64,000 nucleotides of DNA from an uncultured cyanobacterium (GTDB taxonomy: Bacteria > Cyanobacteriota > Cyanobacteriia > Cyanobacteriales > Microcystaceae): assembly GCA_963807635.1 (NCBI GenBank), contig CAWEDJ010000067.1, positions 32,001-96,000 on the forward strand. Reading direction: 5' to 3'. Position 1 is the first letter of the stretch. Every line of letters begins with the position of its first letter. The notes under the pieces were generated by a model. The model searched no databases. It was not told the DNA's origin and saw only the letters and a list, made by a program, of their open reading frames with translations. The translations under genes and the position numbers were made by a program. Shown here piece by piece: positions 32,171 through 42,551 of this stretch.

Positions 32171-32687
32171 TTAATTAAGTGTAAGCTTTTGGGGTTTCGG
32201 GGGGGATGATTGAGGTATTTTTCTTAGAATTTACGTTTTAGGGACAAAAAGATTAGCCTATTCATATAATAATGAACAAACAATTAGACTCTTTTATCAA
32301 TGGACATTTAATCCAAAAAAAGATTTTATTTAGCCCGTGTTTATGATAAAAAAATTATTGTAACTAGCCGTTTAATCTTTCAGAACATGACTAAAAAAAG
32401 TTATATTTTCCAATAAGTTCATTCTACTCTAAGATTAAGAGCATATTAAGAAACACATATTAAGAAAGATTTAAATAATTCTAGATTGCCGACCTTATTT
32501 TGTATTAACTCGATACAATATAAGACTAGAGGGGAATCACAGCGATCGCGATCGCCTTAAATATTAAGAATTATTTAATAAAAATTCACGAATAGAAATC
32601 TGAAAATTTACTCTCAGAAAAATTGAATTTAGAACAATTGATCGATAGTAGAAAAAACTTATTTAACCTTAGACTGACCTAATGATC

Positions 32688-34814
32688 TTAGGAATGGGAC
32701 TGAATACTGCTTTCCCTGAGAAATTGGGTAGCCGCCTCCATTTTCAAGGGTTGACAGAAACAAAAGCCTTGAACCTCTTCACATTTAAGCGTTTGTAATA
32801 ATTGCGCGATCGCCTCTGTTTCGACTCCTTCTGCAACGACTCTGCTTTTAAAACTGTGACCTAAATTAATCATTGCTGAAACCAGGGGAAAATCCTCTGG
32901 ATTTTGATCGAGTTTGACAATAAAGGAGGAATCAATTTTTAGGCTATCTACTTTAAATTGCTGTAGGCATTGGAAAGATCCCCGCCCCGTCCCAAAACCA
33001 TCAAGGGCGATTTTCACTCCCATTAATTGCAACTCCTCTAAAACCGACCGAGAAAAATCCTGATCATCCATGATAGTATTTTCCGTTAACTCTATTTCCA
33101 GCCATTGGGATTCTAATCCCGTTTTCTCTAAAATTTGTCTAATATTGGCGACTAGATCCAGTTGTTGGAATTGGCGCAGGGATAAATTAACGGAAATGGG
33201 GAGGGGCGAGATCCCCGCTTCTTGCCAAAGTTTATTCTGGCGACAGGCAGACTCTAGAATCCAGTTACCAATGGGAACAATCAGGTCGGTTTTTTCGGCT
33301 AGGGGGATGAGTTTGACAGGGGAAATTTCTCCAATGTCGGGATGTCGCCAGCGCAAGAGGGATTCCATCGCGGTAATTTCATTGCGTTCAATATTGATCT
33401 GGGGTTGATAGGTTAAATAAAATTGATTGTGTTCTAGGGCTTCGTAGAGTAAATTCTCTAACTTGAGCAGAATGGTCGATTTTGAGGCAGTTTTGGCATC
33501 ATAAAAGGCATAGGGAAGATTGGCGGTCTGTTGTTGTCCTTGTTCTAGGGCGGCGTGAGCATTTTTTAAAAGACTTGCGACTTCTTCACCGTCTTGGGGG
33601 TAGAGGGCGATACCAATTCTGCCTTTGATGTGGAGACGTTGCCCTGAAATTTCTAAAAGCCCCTCTAGGGTTTGCAAAATCTTCGTGGCGACATCCGCGA
33701 TCGCCGTTTGATCGCGAGGATTTTTTTGGAGTATGACAAACTGATGACTTTTCCAACTGGCAATACTCTCCATTGAGTTTAGAGAAGACGTTAATCGTTG
33801 AGCTACACTTTTAAGGACTTGATCACTACAATCGTAACCAAAACTATTAATGACCTTATCTAAATTATCAAAATCCAGAAACATAACGGCAATCATTTCG
33901 TTGTCCCGTTTTGCTTTGGCGATCGCGATAAATAACTGTTCCTCGAACCAAATGCGATTGGGTAATTCGGTTAGGGGATCATGGAAATTTTGATAGGTAA
34001 GACTAGCTTCTGTGTGTTTAAATTGGGTAACATCACAGAGATAACTTCTAATCACTTGACTATCTGTTAAATAGTGGACGTACTGCTCATAAATCTCATT
34101 TTTAAATTCAACTTCTCTTAGTAACATATTGCCACGCACATTCTGAGCCTGTTGTAATAAACCCGCTAAAACAGGGTGATTGATTCCTTCTTGTTGAATT
34201 AATTTGAATTTAATACTAGCGGCAGGATTAAGATAGATCACTTGACCAGTAAAATCCATTTCAATGATGGGATGGGGGCTTAATTCCGCAAAAGAAGTGA
34301 GGCGAACGGCTTCCGTTGAAGTCTGGTAAGAAAATGTTGGATTATCTTCTTCCCCGATCATGGTTGATTTACTATCGCCTTCTAAACTCTGGTGAGAAAT
34401 TTCGTACTGGGACATTTCCAGAGGATTGAAGAGTGCAATTTCAAGAGAAGTAGAAACAATATAATAACTCGCCTTGGACTGGCTACCAAACAAAATCACA
34501 TCACCATGTTTTAGCTCATGGGACTCCGTACTTTGACCATTAATCATTAGGCCATTTCTACTACGATTCCCCTCTAAATCTCCATCTAAAATTCGATAGG
34601 AATAGCTATCAATTTTCGGACTGGGTTTAATCCGAATGAGAGTCGCATGGTGACGAGAAACCACGTGATCATAGATGATAATGTCATTGCTAGATTCACG
34701 ACCAATGGAATAGGTCGGCTCTTCCAGAGAAATAATGCGCCGGGCTTTTTGATCTTCAATAACAAAAATGTGACGAAAATCCGCTTCATTTGTCATAACG
34801 GCTACCAATTGCAA
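32688..34814 (-). CDS. FHA-PAS-GGDEF-EAL protein, degenerate active sites
   Basis: IGRESSN...VSRHHA...SRNGL; P.PIIE.D..G...YLNPA; WKSHQF; ESL, DGFGTG. Confidence 0.88.
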   Translation of the reverse strand: MQLVAVMTNEADFRHIFVIEDQKARRIISLEEPTYSIGRESSNDIIIYDHVVSRHHATLIRIKPSPKIDSYSYRILDGDLEGNRSRNGLMINGQSTESHELKHGDVILFGSQSKASYYIVSTSLEIALFNPLEMSQYEISHQSLEGDSKSTMIGEEDNPTFSYQTSTEAVRLTSFAELSPHPIIEMDFTGQVIYLNPAASIKFKLIQQEGINHPVLAGLLQQAQNVRGNMLLREVEFKNEIYEQYVHYLTDSQVIRSYLCDVTQFKHTEASLTYQNFHDPLTELPNRIWFEEQLFIAIAKAKRDNEMIAVMFLDFDNLDKVINSFGYDCSDQVLKSVAQRLTSSLNSMESIASWKSHQFVILQKNPRDQTAIADVATKILQTLEGLLEISGQRLHIKGRIGIALYPQDGEEVASLLKNAHAALEQGQQQTANLPYAFYDAKTASKSTILLKLENLLYEALEHNQFYLTYQPQINIERNEITAMESLLRWRHPDIGEISPVKLIPLAEKTDLIVPIGNWILESACRQNKLWQEAGISPLPISVNLSLRQFQQLDLVANIRQILEKTGLESQWLEIELTENTIMDDQDFSRSVLEELQLMGVKIALDGFGTGRGSFQCLQQFKVDSLKIDSSFIVKLDQNPEDFPLVSAMINLGHSFKSRVVAEGVETEAIAQLLQTLKCEEVQGFCFCQPLKMEAATQFLRESSIQSHS

Positions 34815-35241
34815 GATCGATCCATAATTACGCCCTCAACATACTAGTTTGGCATAGAAGGAAGCGAAATCACCACCCCAAAATCTCGGATCTTTTGGCT
34901 AATTTTTGTCGAATCCTTGGCAGATACTCAGCTTTGATGCGAGGGAGCAATCCCTGAAAAATTTTTATAGACTACCTCTAAAGAATGCCCTCTATTTCTT
35001 CTAAAATTATCTTTTGCCCTAAACTTAGGGAAAATTGGGAACCTTGAGGCGATTTACCCCCCGAAGGGCAAGATGAATTTTTTCGACTTTTCTACGGAAT
35101 CAGTGCGATTGCCCTGGGATTTAGTTCTCATCTGGGCCAGAGGGATAACTGGCCTCTCAAGCATAAAATCCCTGAAAAAAGGCTAAACTGGAGAGAAAAG
35201 TTAAAAATTTTTAATTTGCTGAGTATTCTGCGATTTTGTCC

Positions 35242-35574
35242 ATGAAAAAGATTGTTTTCTCTGCTACGGCTACTATAATTTATTTCGCGCTCCAATTCTC
35301 TCTGCCTGGCAGTATGGCGGGGACGAAACCTGCTAAAAGTTCCAATTCCTTTGATCAATATCATCACGAATGCCTGCAACGGGTAACCAAACAAGGATTA
35401 GCGGCGGATGTTGCCAAGGATGTCTGTAATTGCACTATGATGAAATTTAAGGGTCAATATAATATTCAACAATTTAAGGCGATCGTCCAAAAATCCAAGA
35501 CCGACAAAGCCTCGGCGCGCCAACTCTCTAAAGTAGGGGAAGCCTGTTTTGAAAAAGTTTTATACGAGGAATAA
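35242..35574 (+). CDS. Secreted hypothetical protein with 4 Cys
   Basis: Signal-like N-terminus; C...CNC...C pattern. Confidence 0.7.
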   Translation: MKKIVFSATATIIYFALQFSLPGSMAGTKPAKSSNSFDQYHHECLQRVTKQGLAADVAKDVCNCTMMKFKGQYNIQQFKAIVQKSKTDKASARQLSKVGEACFEKVLYEE

Positions 35575-36228
35575 GGGAATTTTTCGGAATAAATGTACCG
35601 TTGATGGTGATTTTGTCTCTTGGACAAATTATTGTAAAAAAAGAGAATCGAACAGCTTATTTGCTTATAAAAGATAGTTGTTTGATTGACCAAATGAATT
35701 AAATAGATTCTAAAATAGAACCCAATCGCTACTGAATTAAACCTGCAATAATGTTAATACTCATGGCGACAATTGAGGTATTAAAGAAAAAAGAAAGAAT
35801 ACCATGTAATAAAGCTAACCTCCTCAGTGATCGCGAGGTAATTTGTATATCTGAAACCTGACTGGTCATGCCAATAACAAACGAAAAATATAAAAAATCC
35901 CAATAATCGGGTTCCCTATCTTCAGGAAAATCTAGTCCTCCTGCTTTAGCATTACTCTGAATTTTATGATCTTGATAATATTCATGGGCATAGTGCATGG
36001 CAAAAATAGTGTGAACCAGTAACCAAGAACCTACAATTGTGATAACAGATAAAATGACATGAAAAATAAGAACACTTTCGTCTTTTCCTTGGGTTTCTTT
36101 CAAAATAAAAGCGATCGCCAATATACTTGCACAAGCCGCCGCCGTAATTAATCCCAGAATTACTAAACGCCCCTCATCTTGACTTTGGGCATTACAACGC
36201 ATAGTTTTGGGGATTGCTTGCACCATTA

Positions 36229-37406
36229 AGCTGTTAGTCATTTAAATAGCATATAATGAAAGTAAAAAAGGAGAAAAGTCATGCCAGTAAAAAATCATCT
36301 AAAAACGGATGAAAAACAGAAACTACAAAACGAACTGAAATATAATGAACATCCAGATATCAGGGAGAGAATCCTGATATTATTATTACAAAATGATGGT
36401 AAAACTCAACAAGAAATAGCAGATTTTGTAGGATGCTCATTAAGAAAGATAGCCTATTGGTGTGTTCATGGAGATGCCAATAACCTGGAAAGCCTAAAAG
36501 ATAAAAGAATGGAAGGGAATTATCAAAAAGCGACTCCAGAATATGTTAATAAACTTTTGGAGGTAATAGATAAAGACCCCGAAGAATTAGGTTACGAATT
36601 TGGGAGATGGACAGCACAAAGATTAGCAAAATATTTAGAAAGAGAGACAGGAATAAAGTTAAGTGGAAGTCAAGTAAGAAGAATATTAAAATCAAAAAAG
36701 TATGTGTATATTTGGGCAAAATATAGCTTAGAAGAAAGCCAAGACCCAGAGAAAAGAAAGCTATTTAAGGAAAAATTTGATAAATATTTAAAAATAGCAA
36801 AAGAGTCGCCAGAGCGTCTCCAGATATGGTTTTGGGATGAATCTGGGTTCGGTTTGAGGGTGTTAAGACGAAAAAATTGGAGCAAAAAAGGAAAAAGAAA
36901 GAAAGTGAAGGGAAATAGAAGAAAAGGAAGAGTAAATGTAATGGGAGCATTGAGACTTTCAGATAAAAAAACACGAGTAGAATTTCTAGAAAAAGGAACA
37001 GGAGAAAACTTCTTTAAAGTGTTGGAAGGGTTTTATGAAGACATAAAAATAGAATGGTCAGAAAATGGTAATAAAATAGAAGAGTTTGAAATTAACGGGC
37101 CAAAAATACTGGTTATATTAGATAATGCAAGTATTCATAAAAAGAAAGAGTTTCTAGAGAAAATAAAAGAGAAAATGCCGAATTTAATAATAGAGTTTTT
37201 ACCAGAATATAGTCCAGACTATAACTTAATAGAGTTGGTATGGCATTCAGCGAAAGAGTTTATTGCAAACCGTCTATTTAAGTCAATAGAAGAACTAGAA
37301 GAACTCCTTAACCGATTACTAAATGAGGGGGAGCTAGTTATAAATTGGGGGCGGAAGCTAAAAAACAAGGGTAACGCTGTCAATGCAGTTTAAATGCTCA
37401 ACAGCT
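36229..37406 (+). mobile_element. IS630-family insertion sequence
   Basis: TIRs AGCTGTTAGTCATTTAAA / TTTAAATGCTCAACAGCT; TA duplicated at 36227-36228 and 37407-37408. Confidence 0.93.
36281..37393 (+). CDS. IS630 transposase (intact)
   Basis: HTH region; FWDES, ILDNASIH, LPEYSPDYNLIELVW DDE motifs. Confidence 0.95.
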   Translation: MPVKNHLKTDEKQKLQNELKYNEHPDIRERILILLLQNDGKTQQEIADFVGCSLRKIAYWCVHGDANNLESLKDKRMEGNYQKATPEYVNKLLEVIDKDPEELGYEFGRWTAQRLAKYLERETGIKLSGSQVRRILKSKKYVYIWAKYSLEESQDPEKRKLFKEKFDKYLKIAKESPERLQIWFWDESGFGLRVLRRKNWSKKGKRKKVKGNRRKGRVNVMGALRLSDKKTRVEFLEKGTGENFFKVLEGFYEDIKIEWSENGNKIEEFEINGPKILVILDNASIHKKKEFLEKIKEKMPNLIIEFLPEYSPDYNLIELVWHSAKEFIANRLFKSIEELEELLNRLLNEGELVINWGRKLKNKGNAVNAV

Positions 37407-37643
37407 TAATATCCAAGTTGATACCAAAAAAAAGATCATTCCCCCATCCCAAATAACGAGAATATGGGTGGTTAAACTCAACTGAGATGGTAGAAAAAAT
37501 GATGAAATTAGGGCAAAGGCGATCGATAAAATGAGGCGATTGCGAACTCTCCATCGGTGAGAAAGTTTACTTTTAAGGCGAGTTTGTCCAGATTTTTGAG
37601 GTAAGGTCATGACGATTAGAATTGATGAATACTTACCAATTTA

Positions 37644-37914
37644 TTAAACTTTAGACGCAATGAGAATAACAATAACCAGTAACCCCAAGGTTCTACGAAA
37701 GTAATTAACTCCCTGAAATAACTCTTCCCAAGCCCAGGTAAATAAAGCACCAAACGCCAGGGCTTTCTAGTCCGAGATTGATCTTGCCAGTGGTAAAAAT
37801 GATCTTCAATAAACTAGCCCCAATCCAGGTAATCAGGGGCAGATTAGGCATCTGAGCTAAAACAATGTTACCCTCTTGATCTCGAAAAATTTGATTAAAT
37901 AGATTACTTTCCAT
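37644..37914 (-). CDS. Small membrane protein; frameshift at about 37761
   Basis: FRD..GNIV.AQMPNLP then, in the adjacent frame, LFTWAWEELFQGVNYFRRTLG. Confidence 0.7.
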
Positions 37915-37969
37915 TCCTTTAGGCTCTAAACATACCGAAAAATAGTTTGAGATTTATTGCTTGAAACAA

Positions 37970-38356
37970 TCAATCTAGTTTTGAAAAATCTTCTTGTATC
38001 TCCTGCAAAGCTTTTTCTGATGAATATTCTACACTAATAATTTCATTACGAGCTGAATCAATAGATCGAATTAATTCATCTAATTTAATTTGAACCGCTT
38101 TGGAATCATGGTTTTGAGTATTTTGAATGAGAAAAACCATCAGAAAAGTAATAATTGATGTGCCAGTGGTAATGACGATTTGCCAAGTGTCAGAAAACTT
38201 AAAAAATGGCCCTGTCATTAACCAAAGAATAACGAGACTAACTGCCACAAGTGAACCTAAAGGGGAGCCAACGGCTTCAGAGGTTTTGGTTGTTAATTCG
38301 TGAAATAAACTTTTGGGTCGCCGATATTTTCGGATAAGATTGAGTTTTTTTTGCAT
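37970..38356 (-). CDS. Low-affinity iron permease-family (Fet4-like) protein
   Basis: GP.F.FSDTWQ.VI.TGT.IITFLMVFLIQNTQN.D..A.Q.KLDELI. Confidence 0.85.
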   Translation of the reverse strand: MQKKLNLIRKYRRPKSLFHELTTKTSEAVGSPLGSLVAVSLVILWLMTGPFFKFSDTWQIVITTGTSIITFLMVFLIQNTQNHDSKAVQIKLDELIRSIDSARNEIISVEYSSEKALQEIQEDFSKLD

Positions 38357-38477
38357 GATATTTTACTACTATTAATAGGACATAATTTTTGAATGATCAC
38401 TACGCTAAAACCATTCTGAAAGAAAGAAGGAGCAATGAAACCATTACCCCTTTTTTTTAGATCAGAAACTAACTAGC

Positions 38478-39875
38478 CTATGAATTTAAAGCAGCTTTGC
38501 CGCGTTCTGGGGCGCGTAATTCATCAAGAGAGAGCTGGGGTGTTTCTGTATAAACTGAGTCTAGTAAGACTTCTAACACATCGGCTTGACGGGAATCGGC
38601 GATCGCCTGATGGGTAATTAATTCTCCAACATTGAGAATCACTCCATCATTCCGATCCAAGATAACGCGAGTAACAGGACGACCTAAAGCTCCTTTAATT
38701 CGTTTGTCTTCAATCGCTTTAGCCCCCTGATCTTGTAAATTACTGGCAGTTTCTTTGACCTGTTCCCATAGTCCCTTCGCTCCTTCTTTGACCTGTTGTC
38801 CGACATCAGACCCAGTCGTTTGTAATGCTCCAACAGTCGTTAATCCAACGGACTCCAGGAGAGCTTGTTCGTAATGATAAGCTTTTGCTCTTTCAATAAC
38901 GCGCGGCGTTACAATTTGTCCCTCTGCGGCAATCACTAAGCCTTCATCGGTAAAAATCATGCGGTTAACTCGCCGACCTTGAGCCTGTTCAATACCCATA
39001 CTCGCGACCACTCCCGTCATTTGTCCGCCTATTTTATGAGCCACACTACCTCCTGTTGCCCGATAAAGAGCATCCGTTAGGTTGTAGTTACGAGCTAAAA
39101 GAATATCTGACTGATTAACGACTTGTCCTGGTTCGATTAAATATAGACCATTCGGAATCTGTATCGGTTCTTGAGCAACTTTTCCTAAGATAAATGCTTC
39201 TTGTTCTTCGGGATTAATTACAACATTCGTAAAAGTTGTACTTGCCAATTGAGTGACTTCTTGAAATTTTTCTCCCGTGAATTGAGCAGCATCTTGTGCC
39301 TTTTCACCCGTCGCTTGAGCGATTTCTTTCACTTTGTCCCCTGTCGTTTGTAGGACGGACTTAATCCCGCCAACTTGCTCTTCCATCAGATCGGCGGTGT
39401 AAGCAGGAACAAAGGCAACATCTTCGCCAATCTTGAGGGTATCGGGAGCAGGAACAAAAGAGCGTCCAGAATAAGCATCAGCAAAAATCCCCCCAGATAC
39501 GGCGTATCCTTCGATCGCGCCACTGACATCATCAAAGTAAAGGTCTTCCATTTTTCCCAAATCACGACCATCCGTTGTCATGATTCTTGTCCCCTTTAAG
39601 ATATTATTTCTGGTTAAAATACTTTCAATTTGTGGGGACTCGCTGGCAGGAATGATGGCATCTTTAGAAGCAACAATCACACCGTCATTCCCGATCGCCT
39701 GAATTGCATTTAACGGTAATACTAGAGCATTACTAAACCAACCCGCTTCATCGACTAGAAATCCCAATAAGACATTATTTTCTTGATCAAAAATTAGGTC
39801 TGCAATCGTTTTAAATTTTTCCCCAGAGTCATAGGCGACAACGGGTTTACCTAACATACTTTTTCCATTACGCAT
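38478..39875 (-). CDS. PRC-barrel repeat protein
   Basis: Repeated G..V...DG..LG...D..FD motifs plus LEA-like helical stretches. Confidence 0.8.
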   Translation of the reverse strand: MRNGKSMLGKPVVAYDSGEKFKTIADLIFDQENNVLLGFLVDEAGWFSNALVLPLNAIQAIGNDGVIVASKDAIIPASESPQIESILTRNNILKGTRIMTTDGRDLGKMEDLYFDDVSGAIEGYAVSGGIFADAYSGRSFVPAPDTLKIGEDVAFVPAYTADLMEEQVGGIKSVLQTTGDKVKEIAQATGEKAQDAAQFTGEKFQEVTQLASTTFTNVVINPEEQEAFILGKVAQEPIQIPNGLYLIEPGQVVNQSDILLARNYNLTDALYRATGGSVAHKIGGQMTGVVASMGIEQAQGRRVNRMIFTDEGLVIAAEGQIVTPRVIERAKAYHYEQALLESVGLTTVGALQTTGSDVGQQVKEGAKGLWEQVKETASNLQDQGAKAIEDKRIKGALGRPVTRVILDRNDGVILNVGELITHQAIADSRQADVLEVLLDSVYTETPQLSLDELRAPERGKAALNS

Positions 39876-39922
39876 TTTGAATATTTTCCTAATTGTGTAA
39901 AAATTAAACTTAGTTAACCGTA

Positions 39923-40105
39923 TTATTTCTGGATTTGTACTGGTTGAGTCGTAGACGTATTGTCTGTTTTTGTTTCTTTTCCAAAGTTAGGAATGTAGTT
40001 AATCACTCCAACGTATTCCAATGCGATCGCACCGATAAGAACGATAAGAAAACCGAAACCAGCATAGAGGGCTGGACTACTTTTTTTTCCAATAAGTCTA
40101 GGCAT
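39923..40105 (-). CDS. Small single-pass membrane protein
   Basis: 60-aa ORF with TM helix, LEY.G.I.Y.PNFG. Confidence 0.65.
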   Translation of the reverse strand: MPRLIGKKSSPALYAGFGFLIVLIGAIALEYVGVINYIPNFGKETKTDNTSTTQPVQIQK

Positions 40106-40210
40106 GTATTTTCTCGTAATTTAGGATTTTGATAGATAGTTTTAAGTAATAACTATTAATAGCAAGGTTCAGCTATTCTTAAATATTTCCCCAATCATAG
40201 ATCGTCATTA

Positions 40211-40327
40211 TCAAATGGCGGCTAGGGTAACAGGAGGATTAATGACTCCCCATCCCAAAAATATAACTAATCCTAACGTTCCTAATAGGAGCGACCAGAA
40301 AATGATATGTTGATTGTAATATTTCAT
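40211..40327 (-). CDS. 38-aa hydrophobic peptide (absent from the ORF track)
   Basis: MKYYNQHIIFWSLLLGTLGLVIFLGWGVINPPVTLAAI*, co-oriented within the cluster. Confidence 0.45.
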   Translation of the reverse strand: MKYYNQHIIFWSLLLGTLGLVIFLGWGVINPPVTLAAI

Positions 40328-40372
40328 AAGTTTGTATACTTTATGGTTGGGAAAAATTGGTAATATTTGCAA

Positions 40373-40915
40373 TTAATAGGCGATCGCTTCTTCTGAAATT
40401 TTCCAGCCTGAAAAACTCGGTGGAAAGCCTTGGATATTGTCATAACCCAATAAATGTAAGGTCATGACACCCATTGCGGCTCGATAACCCGAAGAACAGT
40501 AAAACACCACAGGGCGATCGTGGGGAATTCTATCTAAGTCATGGGTTAAAGTCCGCAGAGGAATATTGATTGCATCAGGAATATGCCCCGACTGATATTC
40601 AGAATCTTCTCGCACATCTACCAACAAAGTTGGCGTTTTTTTTAACTGATTTTTCAATTTTGCGATATTCGCAATCGTGTAATAACCTAGCGGCATTTTG
40701 GTAAGAAAGTTATCAACTATTGCTTCTAAATTAATCGCTTCTTTGGTAATCATAGGTGTTTCCTCTTGAGAAATTAGTCTAGTTTCTATGGGCGTTACTG
40801 CCAGAGTCGGACTTTGTGCAAAACCCAATAAAAAATAAACTGATAGAACAAATCTTAATAAAATTGTTTGAATTAATTTAATAAATATGGGATTTTCGTA
40901 AAATAGTTTGAGCAA
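40373..40915 (-). CDS. Exported rhodanese-like protein
   Basis: LVDVRE..EY..GHIP.AINIP, FYCSSGYRA; exact start uncertain. Confidence 0.85.
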   Translation of the reverse strand: MLKLFYENPIFIKLIQTILLRFVLSVYFLLGFAQSPTLAVTPIETRLISQEETPMITKEAINLEAIVDNFLTKMPLGYYTIANIAKLKNQLKKTPTLLVDVREDSEYQSGHIPDAINIPLRTLTHDLDRIPHDRPVVFYCSSGYRAAMGVMTLHLLGYDNIQGFPPSFSGWKISEEAIAY

Positions 40916-41101
40916 ATATTTGCAGTAAAAAAATAAAAATACTCAATCTCATCATTGAAACGCCACTACTTAAATTATTTATATAACGGTCTTCACATGG
41001 GTTAGAGAATTTATAAATAAGATGTAAAAATAAACTAGAAGCTTGAAAGGTTAAAATTCCTCCAAGCTTATCTAGTATAAGCCCTAATTTTTAGGAAAGT
41101 A

Positions 41102-41257
41102 TTAGGTAATACTCCGACCTATAAATAGGTTATAAACAATACCAATGAGTGCCAAAACTAAAAGCAAATGGATTAAGCTTCCACCGACATGGATTGAGAA
41201 TCCTAATAGCCACAGAACGAAAAGTATAACAACAGCAGTCCAGACTAGATTTAACAT
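41102..41257 (-). CDS. lmo0937/DUF5670-like small membrane protein (absent from the ORF track)
   Basis: MLNLVWTAVVILFVLWLLGFSIHVGGSLIHLLLVLALIGIVYNLFIGRSIT*; GAGG RBS. Confidence 0.8.
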   Translation of the reverse strand: MLNLVWTAVVILFVLWLLGFSIHVGGSLIHLLLVLALIGIVYNLFIGRSIT

Positions 41258-41398
41258 AATTGCCTCTTTAAAAGATTGGATGAAAATGATTGAAATAGAA
41301 TCATGGGAAAAAGATAATTATCAAGAGAAAGGTAAGAGTTTTGATATTTATAAAAATGACCCATGACTCAAGCGGATCTAGCTATTTTAAGTTAATGG

Positions 41399-41902
41399 TT
41401 AATTAAAGATATCTCGAACTTTATCTTTAACATCTTCTACCACATTGCGGGCTTGGCTTTCAGCTTGTTTGGCTTTTCCCGTAGCTTGATCACCGCGATC
41501 GCCCGTCATTTTACCTTTTGCTTCTTGAGCTTTACCTTCAATATTTTTACTAACGGCTTTTGTTCGTCCTGTTAGTTTCATATTGTCTTTGAGATCCTCG
41601 GCAGAATTACGAACTTTGCTTTCAACTTGTTTCGCTTTTCCCATCATTTGATCTTTAGGATCGCCAGTGATATTACCCATCGTTTCTTGAGTTTTGCCCT
41701 CCAGATCCTTGGTCATTGCTTTCGCTCGATTCATGCTGGCAATTTGAACGGGCTGTTGGTGAATGAGTTGAGTAAGGGGAACAGTGGCCCAACTTTCTTC
41801 AGAACCAAAACTAAACGCGATCGCCGTTACGAGTATGGTCGTTAGACTTAGATTTAGAAAAAATCGACGAAACTGCTGAAATGAAATCATTGTTAACTCC
41901 AA
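41399..41902 (-). CDS. Exported CsbD-family protein (two CsbD repeats)
   Basis: K..EGK.QE..G..TGD..DQ..GKAKQ.E occurs twice. Confidence 0.85.
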   Translation of the reverse strand: MELTMISFQQFRRFFLNLSLTTILVTAIAFSFGSEESWATVPLTQLIHQQPVQIASMNRAKAMTKDLEGKTQETMGNITGDPKDQMMGKAKQVESKVRNSAEDLKDNMKLTGRTKAVSKNIEGKAQEAKGKMTGDRGDQATGKAKQAESQARNVVEDVKDKVRDIFN

Positions 41903-42013
41903 AAAAGAATTTAATAAATTAGTATTTGATGATGATTAGATGGTTAGCTAGAGCAAAGATTGTCTTCCAAAAAAATTGAAAGTATCTTTCCAAACGTTGG
42001 TGGCTTTTGTCTT

Positions 42014-42042
42014 GCGATCGCGTAGCGGCACTGCGTGATCGC
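42014..42042. repeat. HIP1-flanked 21-nt small dispersed repeat (SDR5-like)
   Basis: GCGATCGC-GTAGCGGCACTGC-GTGATCGC. Confidence 0.55.
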
Positions 42043-42085
42043 TGTCACCAATCATCGATTAGCCCATATTTTTTAAATTTCATCG

Positions 42086-42430
42086 TTATTTTTTATCCAT
42101 TTTGTCAAGTGCTTTTTCTGTTTGTTTAACTATTGGTAACTCTGTGCCTTTAGAACGAATCATTTTTTCGCGATCGGCACTGCCTTGTATTTCATTGATT
42201 CCCCCTTCACCTTTTTGTTCAATCTCCTTAAGGGAGGTCGTTGGAGAATCAATTGCCTCTTGAGTTTTTTGTTCAATCTTATCTAACTGAACCGTACCTT
42301 TAGTCAGCGAAGAAGCCTTAGCCGCTAGGGCAGGAACACTGTTGGAAAAGATTAGTATGATAGAAAAAAAGATAGAAAGTAATACCCGTACAGGGCGTAG
42401 GTGAGAGAAAAATTTTGTTAGGTTTTTCAT
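42086..42430 (-). CDS. Exported hypothetical stress protein
   Basis: Signal ending PALA; G..QL..I...Q.A...GGINEIQG.AD..KM; AAGGA RBS before ATG 42430. Confidence 0.7.
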   Translation of the reverse strand: MKNLTKFFSHLRPVRVLLSIFFSIILIFSNSVPALAAKASSLTKGTVQLDKIEQKTQEAIDSPTTSLKEIEQKGEGGINEIQGSADREKMIRSKGTELPIVKQTEKALDKMDKK

Positions 42431-42551
42431 ATTAAAATCCTTTAAGTGAATAAACAAATGTTCAAAAGTAAAAACAGTCAACTGTAGGAATCGTTTTAGT
42501 CATGACTGGAATGTACGAATTTCTACACAACAGCCACTGTAGGGGAATTAA

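Larger units (their letters stand above)
35729..37610 (-). pseudogene. DUF1345-like membrane protein interrupted by IS630
   Basis: 5' part 37409-37610 and 3' part 35729-36228 rejoin in frame (STWIL|MVQAIP); PDYWDFLYFSFVIGMTSQVSD motif. Confidence 0.88.
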
